From Candidatus Obscuribacteraceae bacterium (lineage in GTDB: Bacteria; Cyanobacteriota; Vampirovibrionia; Obscuribacterales; Obscuribacteraceae), in the NCBI GenBank assembly GCA_044226015.1, contig JBGAHS010000001.1, positions 384,001 through 448,000 of the forward strand: a stretch of DNA of 64,000 nucleotides, given 5' to 3'. A model generated the notes under the pieces. That model was not told the DNA's origin. It searched no databases and worked only from the letters and a program-made list of their open reading frames with translations. Made by a program: the position numbers and the translations under genes. This document shows, in pieces, positions 39,574 through 49,888 of this stretch. Position 1 is the stretch's first letter; the number at the start of each line of letters is the position of its first letter.

Positions 39574-39707
39574 GTTCTAAACCCATCTGTCTCTTCAAAG
39601 TTGTGAATCGAGGACTGCGCACTCTTCTTATTTTGAATTCAGTCTTGCATAACTTGTAATTCTTGCATCACACAGAATTGCAGGCTCGTTCTTTGGATTG
39701 GTGGCGA

Positions 39708-40322
39708 TCAACACTTGCCCCAACCTGGCAATTTCGCGGCTTGTTTTATCCATTTTGCCAGTTGCTGTTCGTCAAAATCATCTTCGTGAATATCAATCCA
39801 TCTTGCTTCTTCACTAGTTCCTCCTTCCGGAGCAGGTCTAAGGGATGTTCCTTTAAAGAAAGTTGCCTTGACGTAGTTTGTAAATACATGAAAGCTGAGA
39901 AACCACCCCTGTCCCTTGATACCATAAAACGGCGAATTCCACTTAACTGCCTTGCTTACTTCAGGAACATTCTCATCGACGAGCGCATCAATTCGTTGTC
40001 CAATGGACCGTTTCCAACCAGGCATACTAGCAATGTATTTTTGCACCGGATCATTGCCAGAAGCCTTCGCAATTTGCGGGTTTCCGCCGCTTAGAAGCTT
40101 CACTTCGTCTGTGCTCTTTGTTTTTTTACTTGTTGATTTTGCTACAGGTTTTGTGCCAGTGCTCTTGCTCTGCGCCCTCTTTGCGGTTTTCATTAATGTG
40201 GTCTCTTTTTTCGTAGATGGCTTACTTGTCGCAACTGTGTTTTTTGTTTTGCTTGATGACACTGCTTTTTCTTGAGTTGTGCTTAGTCGCGTTTTTTTGT
40301 TTGAGTTCTTTTGAGCCATCAT
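39708..40322 (-). CDS. DUF1801 (YdhG-like) protein with Lys-rich N-terminal tail
   Basis: LLSGGNPQIAK, KAVKWNSPFYG, YVKATFFKG and WIKQAAKLPG motifs. Confidence 0.85.
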   Translation of the reverse strand: MMAQKNSNKKTRLSTTQEKAVSSSKTKNTVATSKPSTKKETTLMKTAKRAQSKSTGTKPVAKSTSKKTKSTDEVKLLSGGNPQIAKASGNDPVQKYIASMPGWKRSIGQRIDALVDENVPEVSKAVKWNSPFYGIKGQGWFLSFHVFTNYVKATFFKGTSLRPAPEGGTSEEARWIDIHEDDFDEQQLAKWIKQAAKLPGWGKC

Positions 40323-40504
40323 TTTTTTCCTTTTATTTTTTTTCTTGAGAGCTGGGCCATATCTGTTTTTCGAAACACTTAGAGCATGCACGATTAGTGG
40401 TTCAGATTCGCAAGTTTTGCGACGACTTATCTTTTCTTGCACCTTGTGTCAGGTCCAGAATTTTGCTGAGCGGGGCTCGCGCCTGCTACCTCATGCTTTT
40501 AGCC

Positions 40505-40541
40505 AAAAGAAAAGAGAGGCTCGCTTGGCAAGTCTCCCTTT
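40505..40541 (-). terminator. intrinsic terminator
   Basis: Minus strand reads AAAGGGAGACTTGCCAAGCGAGCCTCTCTTTTCTTT, just after the 40564 stop. Confidence 0.65.
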
Positions 40542-40563
40542 TCAGATTTCAAAAAATAGTGAA

Positions 40564-40947
40564 TTACTCTTTGTCAGACATGCTCATTGACGCTGTGCTG
40601 AAAGGGTGTTCAACGCAGTTGTCAACTGAGTTCTTTGGTCCGTCAACCAGACCTTGTCCTGAACCCATAACAGTTCCAGTCACGATTGAGACTGGTGCCA
40701 TGAAAATTCTGGCTGCTGTATTATCTTCGCCACCAACCTTGCCTGCGAATGCCTTGTCGTGGGCTTGAATATTTTTCAGTGAATGCTTCACCATTGAAAC
40801 TGGCGTTCCAACAACTGCGCCTACTCCGAAAGCCAGTACGCGAACAGGAATCAGAACAGTATTTGTAGCCGGGTCATCGCCTGCAAAAGCTGGTGCTGCA
40901 CTTAATGACATCATAGCCAAACATGCTGAGCTAATTAGTTTTTTCAT
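40564..40947 (-). CDS. exported hypothetical protein
   Basis: Sec signal MKKLISSACLAMMSLSAAPAFA. Confidence 0.75.
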   Translation of the reverse strand: MKKLISSACLAMMSLSAAPAFAGDDPATNTVLIPVRVLAFGVGAVVGTPVSMVKHSLKNIQAHDKAFAGKVGGEDNTAARIFMAPVSIVTGTVMGSGQGLVDGPKNSVDNCVEHPFSTASMSMSDKE

Positions 40948-41255
40948 CTTGAACTCCAAGAAGACCATAGTAAAAAGTCGATACTGTCCATGATATTAGC
41001 GCAGTTTTTCCTGGAGGTGAACACAAATTTACTAATGTAAGGCGATAAATCCGCGAGAGCCTTATTCAGTTTTGTTTTGCGTGTTCACTGGATCCGCAAA
41101 AGCTATTGACGATGTCTAAGAATCCCTTGCGAAATTCTGGGTTGTTGTAGTCCATGCGATTCTCTGCTCGCGACGTGACGGGTAGCGAACTCCTTAGTTC
41201 ATCATTTCATTGATTGTGAATCAATGAATCGTGTTCGGATTTTTGCAGATCAAGT

Positions 41256-42680
41256 TTATAGGAAGTGCAAAACAATAGCCGCCACAGCGAGCATTACGCT
41301 GAAGGAAATTGCCATCTTCGATGCAAATGCGGGGCTTCCAGAGGAGTAAGCTATACCCGTTTTGAACACGGCGTTCATGCATACGGCTAAGAGAACAGAG
41401 CCAACTGCTCTGTCCGGCACAATTTGTCCACCGCGAAACAAGTCTGCCGCTGACACAGCAATTGCATCCACGTCAACGAGTCCACCGATGATACTGGTCC
41501 AGATTAAGCCATTTGCCCCAAGGGTGGTGACAACAACCTTATTGATGAAAATTACAATTGCTAAGACTAATCCGCATTTTAGAGCTGGTCCGAGCGTAAG
41601 TGGGTTGCGCATTTTGAATGCTTCGGAATCTGTCAGCGATTGCACTGCTGAAATTTTCATTGTGTTGCTTTTGCGCGGAGAGAAAGCTGCGTCCGCTTTG
41701 CTTGTAGAGACCGGTGCGGCTTCCTTATTTGCCTCAGTTGTCGTAGCAAGCAGGCTCTTTTGTTCAGATTCACCTGCAGTTGCTTCAATCTGCCCGTTTT
41801 CCAAGGGAGGCGTTTTGTCAGTTTCCTTTGCCGGAATCAAGAAGGCCATAATAATTCCAGCTGCGCCTGCGGCTAATAGTGGGGCGGCAGCATCAGCGGA
41901 TATTTGCGGGCTGATGGCTGAAAGAAACGCGAACAATCGTGGAAATTGAATTGCGTTTGCCAGCGTGCCAGCTTGCCAAAAAGTGTTTAGTTTGTGCGGA
42001 TTTTCACGCGCTTCTTTCGAGAGTGAGAGCGTGGTGGCAGTAGTTGATGCAATTCCACCCAGTACGGCTTCTACCTTGAGCCCACTTGAAGAACCCATGT
42101 ATTTTTCAAGGAAGTATCCACCGAATGAAACGAAAGACACAAGAATTACAAACATCCAAATGTCACGCGGGCTGAATCCGTCGTATGGCCCATAATTACC
42201 TTCTGGCAAAATCGGATAGATTATGAAAACCAGTGCTAGAAAAAGGAGCGTGCCGGAAAATTCCTCTCGCGTTAATCCTTCGCTGAAAAATTTGCGGACC
42301 TTGTCTTTTGATTCAAGCAAGAAAGTGACAGCTACGGCAATGCCAATCACAGCAGCGCGAGCATTTTCTGATTCGCTCAAAGCGCAGATGTGGGACAAGC
42401 AAAAGACTGTAAGCATTGAGAGATCTGTTGTAAACCCTGACTCCTCGCCATTATTTCGAAATCGAAACGCAAGTAGTAAGAGAACCACCGTCACCAGAGC
42501 CACTGCTGATAAAGCTGGACTGTGTTGCAATCCGCATGCCGCAGCGGCCGCTGAGCACAGCACAAACTCTCGAATTCCTATGTTAGGCGAATTCTTTGCG
42601 TGCTCTCTCTGAGCCCCTACAAGAACGCCAATCATTATTGCTTCGGAAGCCGGCAGCCAGAATAAACGTGGATCAAGCAT
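41256..42680 (-). CDS. MgtC/SapB-family membrane protein with DUF4010
   Basis: GVLVGAQRE, IGIREF, YPILP, LGGIASTTATT and GLVDVDAI motifs. Confidence 0.88.
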   Translation of the reverse strand: MLDPRLFWLPASEAIMIGVLVGAQREHAKNSPNIGIREFVLCSAAAAACGLQHSPALSAVALVTVVLLLLAFRFRNNGEESGFTTDLSMLTVFCLSHICALSESENARAAVIGIAVAVTFLLESKDKVRKFFSEGLTREEFSGTLLFLALVFIIYPILPEGNYGPYDGFSPRDIWMFVILVSFVSFGGYFLEKYMGSSSGLKVEAVLGGIASTTATTLSLSKEARENPHKLNTFWQAGTLANAIQFPRLFAFLSAISPQISADAAAPLLAAGAAGIIMAFLIPAKETDKTPPLENGQIEATAGESEQKSLLATTTEANKEAAPVSTSKADAAFSPRKSNTMKISAVQSLTDSEAFKMRNPLTLGPALKCGLVLAIVIFINKVVVTTLGANGLIWTSIIGGLVDVDAIAVSAADLFRGGQIVPDRAVGSVLLAVCMNAVFKTGIAYSSGSPAFASKMAISFSVMLAVAAIVLHFL

Positions 42681-42869
42681 GTCTGATAAAGCGGTAAACC
42701 AAGTGTCAACAAGGCTTTTGTGCCCTTTTTTTCAAAACTCAAAGCGGGCTAAGCAGATTTGTTAGCTTAATCGTGAATCTTCAACCAGGAACTTACTCAG
42801 CTTATGTGTAAGTGCCAATCTTGAGCACTTATGCTATCCTGATTCGACCGTTTTCTGTAGGTCAAAAAA

Positions 42870-43652
42870 ATGCGCGCAGATTCTTCGACAGTGGCTCCGG
42901 CTCTGAAAGCTCTTCTTGATACATTTGTTGATTACGCTGGCATTTTTCCGCCTGCAGCGCTGACTCTGCCCATTGCCCTGGAGAATTTTCAACGATATGA
43001 AGGTGAAAGTCATGCGTGGATGTTGCGATACCTTGTAGTTAATGCAAGTAACCTTGATGACATCCCTGAGGAATATAATGGGCGACTCTCTGTGATTTCA
43101 GATCGAGATAATAATCGCGCTGCAACCATCGAGAGTAAGTCAGTATTTCTTGCTGATAGACCTGTCTACTGCGAAGTCGCTGTGAGCAATTTGCCCGAGT
43201 TGTCCAATGTGAAAAATTCTCTTTGTTACGCAAAGATTCGCACAGGTGGGCTCACTCCATCGGCGATTCCTTCGCCCAAAGAAGTTGCTGATTTCATTCT
43301 TGCTTGCGCTGAGTTGCGGCTTCCCTTCAAAGCTACTGCTGGGTTACATCACGCTTTTCGCTCGGAGCAAGCACTCACTTACGAGAAAGATTCTCCTCGG
43401 GCTGTGATGCATGGCTTTATCAATGTTTTGATGGCAGCCTCTTTTGCCTGGCATGGCGATAAGGACATTCAAGCTATCATTGAAGAGCGCGAAGCTGCAG
43501 CTTTTAGTTTTGAAAATGAAGCACGATGGAGAGATAGAGTCCTGACTGTCGAGCAAGTTCATGAAGCACGTCAGCTCTTCATTCACTCAGTTGGTTCATG
43601 TTCTTTTGAAGAACCTGTTGCTGAATTGCAGGAGTTTTGCTTAATCGATTAA
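42870..43652 (+). CDS. conserved hypothetical protein
   Basis: VDYAGIFPPA, AKIRTGG, PFKATAGLHH, HGFINV and GSCSFEEP motifs. Confidence 0.8.
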   Translation: MRADSSTVAPALKALLDTFVDYAGIFPPAALTLPIALENFQRYEGESHAWMLRYLVVNASNLDDIPEEYNGRLSVISDRDNNRAATIESKSVFLADRPVYCEVAVSNLPELSNVKNSLCYAKIRTGGLTPSAIPSPKEVADFILACAELRLPFKATAGLHHAFRSEQALTYEKDSPRAVMHGFINVLMAASFAWHGDKDIQAIIEEREAAAFSFENEARWRDRVLTVEQVHEARQLFIHSVGSCSFEEPVAELQEFCLID

Positions 43653-43781
43653 GCTAGCCATCCGTCGAAGAGCTGATCGTTGCGAATTCGCCCGTCTTGA
43701 GGAAACATTTGGGTCCTCACGAAGTCCTCAGATCTGTGCGATAGGATCAAAATATCCGAAATATCGGAGTTAGGGGGAAGT

Positions 43782-44336
43782 ATGAGTCACATCCTTCATC
43801 AGATTTCTGTGTCTGCTTCAGTAGCTTTATTGATGAGTACAAGTGGCTCGTTTGCTGCAAATGCAGAAAGTGATTTGCAAACGCACCCCGCTGAAATACA
43901 AGTAGATTCTTTACCAAGTGTGACTAGAACTGTTGAAGTGCAGGCTCCAATCGAAAAAGTCTGGTCAGCTATTCAGGCTAGAAGGACTTCTGACCCTACA
44001 AAGCGCAAGTTACTTTCATATGATGGAAAAACTGCCGTAATTAAGGAGCTATTCCCCTCCATGCCGGTTATTGGAAGTTCGAATTGCACTTATTCCGAGC
44101 GAGAGCACAGTGCGGACCGATCAATTGAATATAAGATGATCAATTCAGATCATTTCAAAGCATTTCAAGGAAGTTGGCACTTGCTGCCGGGAAGAAAACC
44201 CGGTACGACGCTCGTGACATTAACCTCCACTTTGGACCCTGGAGTTCGAATTCCATTTTGGATGCAGATGGCAAAAATGAATATGTCCAGGGACGTGAAG
44301 TCGAACATACAGGAAGTTGTTACGCTGGCTAAATGA
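43782..44336 (+). CDS. SRPBCC/START (polyketide cyclase-like) protein with signal peptide
   Basis: VEVQAPIEKVW and FKAFQGSWHL motifs. Confidence 0.78.
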   Translation: MSHILHQISVSASVALLMSTSGSFAANAESDLQTHPAEIQVDSLPSVTRTVEVQAPIEKVWSAIQARRTSDPTKRKLLSYDGKTAVIKELFPSMPVIGSSNCTYSEREHSADRSIEYKMINSDHFKAFQGSWHLLPGRKPGTTLVTLTSTLDPGVRIPFWMQMAKMNMSRDVKSNIQEVVTLAK

Positions 44337-44459
44337 GAAGTGCAAGTAAAGAATGGTTTGAAGCTAAACTCTGAGTTAGTTCGAACCTAATATTCCTCGG
44401 TTAGAATAGTGCTGCTTTAAGAGATATGCACGTTCGCAGCATTCATCAGAGGGATACAA

Positions 44460-44930
44460 ATGACGCAAAAAGAGCCTTGCTTACAAGTGAAATATGCTGA
44501 GAAGAGCATTTGTTTTGGCTGTGGTCCTGCAAATAAGGACGGCTTGCACATCAGCAGCTATCCTGAGGGCGAAACTCTTGTTGCCGAATGGAACCCCGAG
44601 CCTAAGTATCAAGCTTTTCCGAATTGCTTATATGGTGGATTGGTTGCAAGCCTTTTGGACTGCCACTGCAACTGGACGGCATCATGGCATTTGATGAAGC
44701 AAAATGGATTAGACAGTCCGCCCTGCACGGTTACTGCAGAACTGAACGTCAAGTTTTTGAAACCAACTCCTGCGGACAAGCCAGTGAGAATGGTGGCACG
44801 TGTCATTAAATCTAAGGAGCGCAGCGCCAGTGTTGAGGGAGAGCTTCTCTCCGGTGATGAAGTCTGCGCGACTTGTAGCGCTGTATTTGTAGCAGTCAAA
44901 GAAGGGCATCCTGCTTTTCACCGCTGGTAG
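44460..44930 (+). CDS. PaaI-family thioesterase
   Basis: CFGCGPANKDGL, YGGLVASLLDCH and VTAELNVKFLKPTP motifs. Confidence 0.9.
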   Translation: MTQKEPCLQVKYAEKSICFGCGPANKDGLHISSYPEGETLVAEWNPEPKYQAFPNCLYGGLVASLLDCHCNWTASWHLMKQNGLDSPPCTVTAELNVKFLKPTPADKPVRMVARVIKSKERSASVEGELLSGDEVCATCSAVFVAVKEGHPAFHRW

Positions 44931-44935
44931 TGGCA

Positions 44936-45910
44936 CTAGCTGTTTGTTGAGTTTATGTGATGCTTTAACTCTTCGCGCAGCCTTTTGTTAAGGTCGTTGA
45001 TTGAAGAATAGATCAAGCATCGCTGTCCTTTCACATCAAATTTGAGCTCATCCGGATTCCGTGTCAGGAGAATTGCGGGCACTTTCGTTCCCCAAGCATA
45101 GCCGACCTCCAGATATACATTTGGATTTGAACCGGTCAAATCGGCAATAACAAACCTTGCACTTGCAATTCTTGATTTGATCCTGTCAACTATGTCACCT
45201 GTGAATAGATCCATGTCGACACGTTCGCATAAGAGTCCCGCATCCTGAACTGGACCCTGTATTCCGAAAATGTAAGTGTCTTCGAAGTCGGGGCTGAATG
45301 GCATGGCGACGAAAACGTGCGGCTTTTCAGCGGCAAGCCCCGCGCTTGCTACTGGCTCTGTCATGCTAAGAGTTGTTCGTTGTGATATTGAGGGAAAATA
45401 GTTTTCGTTCAGTATTTTTCGCAGGCGTTCTACCCTGCCAGTATTTTTTTCTACAAAAACTATTTCTTGAAGACTGGGTAGCAGTTCCTCGATAGCAAGA
45501 GCTTCCAGTACTCCTGCCAGTTGGGCAAGGAAAGACTCTTTTTCATCAAAGCCGATGTGAATGCCATGCAAGGTCATTGCTACCGTTTTTGCATTGCTGG
45601 CAGAAAGCTGCAGATGTGTCAGAGAATTTCGAGCAAATTCTCTTATGCGAGAATAGGACAACTCTCGTAGCGGTGCTACGCCTTCGAAAAGAACAAGTTT
45701 CGCGGCCAACTTGTCTTCACCAGGAACCAGCTTAAAGCTGCCTGGAGTAACGAACCCCTTAAAGTCAAAGATGTGGCCCAGTCCAAGTGCGCTGGCTACC
45801 GCGAGATCAGCTCCATGCCAAGCTTGTGCGTATTTGAGAATCAACGCGTCGCAAGAATACTTCAGTACGTTTTCGTTTACAATTCTAATTTGTAGATTTT
45901 GACGCGACAT
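44936..45910 (-). CDS. macro-like N-domain fused to a nucleoside 2-deoxyribosyltransferase/TIR-like domain
   Basis: N-terminal DALILKYAQAWHGADLAVA; C-terminal VFVAMPF...IADLTGSNPNVYLEVGYAWG...FDV. Confidence 0.7.
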   Translation of the reverse strand: MSRQNLQIRIVNENVLKYSCDALILKYAQAWHGADLAVASALGLGHIFDFKGFVTPGSFKLVPGEDKLAAKLVLFEGVAPLRELSYSRIREFARNSLTHLQLSASNAKTVAMTLHGIHIGFDEKESFLAQLAGVLEALAIEELLPSLQEIVFVEKNTGRVERLRKILNENYFPSISQRTTLSMTEPVASAGLAAEKPHVFVAMPFSPDFEDTYIFGIQGPVQDAGLLCERVDMDLFTGDIVDRIKSRIASARFVIADLTGSNPNVYLEVGYAWGTKVPAILLTRNPDELKFDVKGQRCLIYSSINDLNKRLREELKHHINSTNS

Positions 45911-46018
45911 TCACTGCTCCATGGTTCATGCGATGATTGACAGTGCTATTCTAATCGGTTCCAAGTTTCCAAAACAACACCCGATGACAATATTGACAAA
46001 GGCGGAGAATAGTTAGAT

Positions 46019-47161
46019 ATGCCTGTGGCTTTGATTATTGGCGGCGGAATTTGCGGATTGGCTTGCGCGCATGCTCTTATGAAGGCAGGAGTCGATTTCT
46101 TGCTATTTGAGCGAGCAAGCGAACTCAGAGAAGTTGGCGCCGGGTTGACATTATGGTCGAATGGCATTAAAGCCCTGTCTAAAATTTCGCTGGCGGAGGC
46201 AGCTATAGCCGCCGGGCAGAATTGCAAGCACTTTGAGTTTATAACTCAGCGCGGAATCAGTCTGGGTCAAGTTGATATGAACTCACTCTCCGCATTGGCT
46301 GGTCATCCCAGTATTTCTATTCATCGAATGAGACTCATGCAGGTACTGGTGAGTCAAATTGATTATTCTCGTGTACATCTGTCGCATGAATTTGAGTCGT
46401 TTGTTCGAACTGAAGATGGAATAACTGTCAATTTTACTAATGGCAGCAGTTATACAGGCGATTATATTTTGGCTTGTGATGGGTTTCATTCCAGGCTACG
46501 TCAATGGATGCATCCGCAATCGGCTCAGAAGTATGCTGGCTACACCTGTTTTCGAGGTGTGACGAGTGTGCCACCAAATCTGGTGCCGAGCGGAGCTGTC
46601 TTGCATTACCTTGGAAATGGGAGTCAGATTGGTCTGCTCGATGTGGGACAGCAACAGCTTTGTTGGTATGTTACTGCCAATGCAAAAGAAGGTAGCCAAA
46701 TCTTCGGGGAAGAGCGCAAGAATGCTGTCTTAGAGTCTGTGAAAGACTACCCTGAGGAAGTGAGGTCGGCTATAAATCTGACTAAGGCAGAAGCAATTTT
46801 GCTCAACGACATTTACGATAGAGACCCGGTGAGCAAATGGGTTTCTGACAGAGTCTTATTGATGGGAGACGCCGCTCACCCGACCACGCCAAATTTGGGG
46901 CAGGGGGCATGCATGGCGGTAGAAGATGCTGTGGTGCTTGGCGAGTGCCTCGCTTCAAACTCAAATTATTCCGATGCATTCTCAAAATTTACTAGTATGA
47001 GGCAAGCACGCACAGCAAGAATAGTGCTAAGTTCCAGGAAAATCGGGTTTGTGTCGCAATTGGAAAATCCTTTTGCACGAATGTTTCGAGATGAATCAAT
47101 CAAACTCTCTGTAAAGTTCAATGCGCTTTCTGATTTGACATACGCGCTAACTGGTTTTTGA
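46019..47161 (+). CDS. FAD-dependent monooxygenase
   Basis: IIGGGICG, ACDG and GDAAHPTTPNLGQGACMAVED motifs. Confidence 0.93.
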   Translation: MPVALIIGGGICGLACAHALMKAGVDFLLFERASELREVGAGLTLWSNGIKALSKISLAEAAIAAGQNCKHFEFITQRGISLGQVDMNSLSALAGHPSISIHRMRLMQVLVSQIDYSRVHLSHEFESFVRTEDGITVNFTNGSSYTGDYILACDGFHSRLRQWMHPQSAQKYAGYTCFRGVTSVPPNLVPSGAVLHYLGNGSQIGLLDVGQQQLCWYVTANAKEGSQIFGEERKNAVLESVKDYPEEVRSAINLTKAEAILLNDIYDRDPVSKWVSDRVLLMGDAAHPTTPNLGQGACMAVEDAVVLGECLASNSNYSDAFSKFTSMRQARTARIVLSSRKIGFVSQLENPFARMFRDESIKLSVKFNALSDLTYALTGF

Positions 47162-47162
47162 A

Positions 47163-47441
47163 TCAACCTTTGAACTCGAATTCTTGTAGCATTCTTTCTG
47201 TCTTAGCTTCTGAAACGCGGTTTATGAGTTTCTTTGCTTCATGATTATCCCTGACTGTTTTTGAGAGCGTGAAACAAGTTCCCATGCAGAAAATGGATCC
47301 CATCGCCATATATCCCTTGACCCAAAACTCCACAGGGAGATTATAGATTCCAATAATGTTAGCGCTCACTGCGAGCCCGAAGCTGATCCAGACGAATGCC
47401 ATCCATCCTTGGCTGTTTTCGCTAAGTTGTGGTCCGTTCAT
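47163..47441 (-). CDS. YiaA/YiaB-family two-helix membrane protein
   Basis: GIYNLP..WVKGY and LSKTVRD motifs. Confidence 0.85.
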   Translation of the reverse strand: MNGPQLSENSQGWMAFVWISFGLAVSANIIGIYNLPVEFWVKGYMAMGSIFCMGTCFTLSKTVRDNHEAKKLINRVSEAKTERMLQEFEFKG

Positions 47442-47564
47442 TGATTTATCCTCATAACAACGCAGGGGAGATAAAGATGATTATGCCTGGAGCAAAATTT
47501 GTGCTGGTGGTTGTCAGAACAGTTTGCCAACTGACTGCTAGAATTTAGGAGGAAGTTTGGAGCA

Positions 47565-49028
47565 ATGATGTCGCAAGCAATTTTAGTAGCACTAATTGTT
47601 GTAATCGGTTGGCTGGTCTCCGTTTGCTTCCATGAGTTTGCGCATGCATTGGTTGCATATTTTGGTGGTGACAAATCTGTAAAGAGCAAAGGATATTTGA
47701 CTTTTAATCCTTTCGTTTACACTGACATTCGACTATCGATTATTTTGCCAACTATTTTTATTTTGCTTGGTGGCGTCGGTTTGCCCGGAGCCTCCGTGAG
47801 AATACGAGATGACTTGCTGCGTTCGCGGCTGTGGATGAGTCTCGTGTCTGCTGCGGGTCCTTTTGCAACTTTCCTGTGGATAATTGGTATGGTTCTGGTT
47901 TTGAGAGCCGGAGTTTTGTCCACAACATGGGTGCTTGCTTTTGCGTATCTACTAAGTTTAGAAATTTTTGTTCTGATTTTGAATTTGCTTCCAGTGCCAG
48001 GACTCGATGGATTTGGAATCATCGAGCCGTTTTTTAGCCCTGCGTTGCGCGAGAAAGTTAAGCCATGGTACAGGTATGGATTTGCAATTCTGATTTTGAT
48101 GCTCTGGGTTATTCCTGGTCCGAACATGTTTTTATGGATTACAACCGGAGTCATAATTTCGTTGCTGGGTGTTCCTTACATGCTGGTTGATCAAGGTAGT
48201 ACTCTGTATGAGAAGGGATGCGCTCCGGTTGCTGGAGTTGCACTTGTCGCTGCTGCTGGCTTCTATTTCTTGAACAAGAAATTGAATTGGTACAACCAGG
48301 GAATGCGCTTGCTCACCCGAGGTGACTGTCTTGAGTGTATTGCTCTGACGGATAAAGTTCTCGCGAAAAAGCCTGATGCGCGTGCTTATCGATTGCAGGC
48401 TTTAGCGTATGCAGAGCTTTGCGAGAAATCGAAGTCCGACAACAATGTAGCTGATATGAGAGAGTCATTTGCGCTTAAAGCTCATGAAGCCATAGACAAG
48501 GCGATTGCAGCTTCGGAAGAGCCTCGAGAGTTTCTACTGGACAAGGCGTTCATTTGTCATCAAATTGGGATGCTTGACGAAGCTGAACTTGCTTACAAGC
48601 AGTGTTGGGAATTTAGTAAAGGAAACGTCTATTGTGCTAACAATTACTGTGAGGTTCTGAAGTCTCGTGGAGCCTTTGATGAGGCTCTCCAGGTCGTGGA
48701 AGAAGCGCTGAAGGACAACCCTTCTTCAAATGAGCTGCGCTTTCAAAAGGCAATGATTCTTGCTCAATTGCATAGATTTGAGGATTCTCTGCTTTGCGCT
48801 GAGTCCTGTTTAAAAGACGGTTTTCGCGATGCCCGAGTGCTGCAGTTCCTCATGATTGTTTTGATTCTTCTCGACAAATTTGACGAAAACAGCGACCTCT
48901 ACAAAGAGTATTTGGCTAAAGCAACACCAGAAATGAAAGAAGCTCTAAGCAAAGTTAGAGCCCCTCAGGAAGATTCAAGTGCTGAAGATCTTGCCATAGA
49001 CCTCGACAAAAAGGTAAGCGAGAAATAG
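47565..49028 (+). CDS. site-2 (M50) protease with C-terminal TPR repeats
   Basis: HEFAH, SAAGP and NLLPVPGLDG motifs, then TPR-like helices. Confidence 0.9.
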   Translation: MMSQAILVALIVVIGWLVSVCFHEFAHALVAYFGGDKSVKSKGYLTFNPFVYTDIRLSIILPTIFILLGGVGLPGASVRIRDDLLRSRLWMSLVSAAGPFATFLWIIGMVLVLRAGVLSTTWVLAFAYLLSLEIFVLILNLLPVPGLDGFGIIEPFFSPALREKVKPWYRYGFAILILMLWVIPGPNMFLWITTGVIISLLGVPYMLVDQGSTLYEKGCAPVAGVALVAAAGFYFLNKKLNWYNQGMRLLTRGDCLECIALTDKVLAKKPDARAYRLQALAYAELCEKSKSDNNVADMRESFALKAHEAIDKAIAASEEPREFLLDKAFICHQIGMLDEAELAYKQCWEFSKGNVYCANNYCEVLKSRGAFDEALQVVEEALKDNPSSNELRFQKAMILAQLHRFEDSLLCAESCLKDGFRDARVLQFLMIVLILLDKFDENSDLYKEYLAKATPEMKEALSKVRAPQEDSSAEDLAIDLDKKVSEK

Positions 49029-49030
49029 CG

Positions 49031-49888
49031 CTATTTTCTATTTTGCTTCATCTCGTCAATGACAGTCTTGTCTATCGGGGTGGCTATAGATGTGAATGGA
49101 CTCGTTTCGATATCTACAACGCCAATTGCTTTTCCAGTGTTATCGAGCACCACGCCTCCAGAAAAGCCAGTTCTAACAGGTAGCGTCATTGATAAAATGG
49201 GGCGTTCTGGATCTTCGCCATCTAGCGGTTTGATTACACGATTCAGTTCCTTTCTTAGCATCACCCGATCGGCTGTTCCCTCGGCGGTGTAAACGGTATG
49301 CGAGGTGTAAGGCTGCCCAAAAGCCACAACTGGAGGATTTCCCTCAGGGTTAAGTTGGCGGTCTGCTATTGCAATTGGTTTGATGAGTTTTGTTTTTTCT
49401 CCTGTGTCAATTTCAACTAGAGCCAGGTCTCTTGAAGGGTCAGCTGCAACAACTTTTCCTTGGACAACTTCGCCATCTGAAAGAACTACTTTTGTGTCAG
49501 ACACAGAAACTTTTTTGTCCATTCCGGTGCCAGCCACAACATGATTATCTGTAACTACAAGACTTTTACCGTTTTCGGCTTCAATTATGAATCCGCTTCC
49601 GCCCCATTTCATTTCTTTGCCTGAATCGGGTCCGCTCTCTGTGTTGCCTTTCATTTGAAAGTACACTACCGAAGGTCGTGCGTCTTTGTATAACTGCAAT
49701 ACGTCGATGTTGCTGCTGGCGCCAGACGAATCTGGTCCGTAGTTTTGCAAGTCACATCCAGCGGAGAATGGTCCCCGAGTCAGAACAAGGAGTTGTTCAT
49801 CATTTGGTTGCACCTGGCATGTTTTGCCGTAGAAGTCTTTTGCTTCGTCGTTGATTGGAAGGGCTTGGTTTGCGATTGCATTATCCAT
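49031..49888 (-). CDS. trypsin-like (S1) serine protease
   Basis: GSGFII, TDNHVV, DLALV and GFSGG give the catalytic triad. Confidence 0.88.
   Translation of the reverse strand: MDNAIANQALPINDEAKDFYGKTCQVQPNDEQLLVLTRGPFSAGCDLQNYGPDSSGASSNIDVLQLYKDARPSVVYFQMKGNTESGPDSGKEMKWGGSGFIIEAENGKSLVVTDNHVVAGTGMDKKVSVSDTKVVLSDGEVVQGKVVAADPSRDLALVEIDTGEKTKLIKPIAIADRQLNPEGNPPVVAFGQPYTSHTVYTAEGTADRVMLRKELNRVIKPLDGEDPERPILSMTLPVRTGFSGGVVLDNTGKAIGVVDIETSPFTSIATPIDKTVIDEMKQNRK

Noticed and set aside
41600..41830. Intein or mobile insertion in the MgtC/DUF4010 gene
   Set aside because: An in-frame low-complexity loop with no splicing motifs or terminal repeats.
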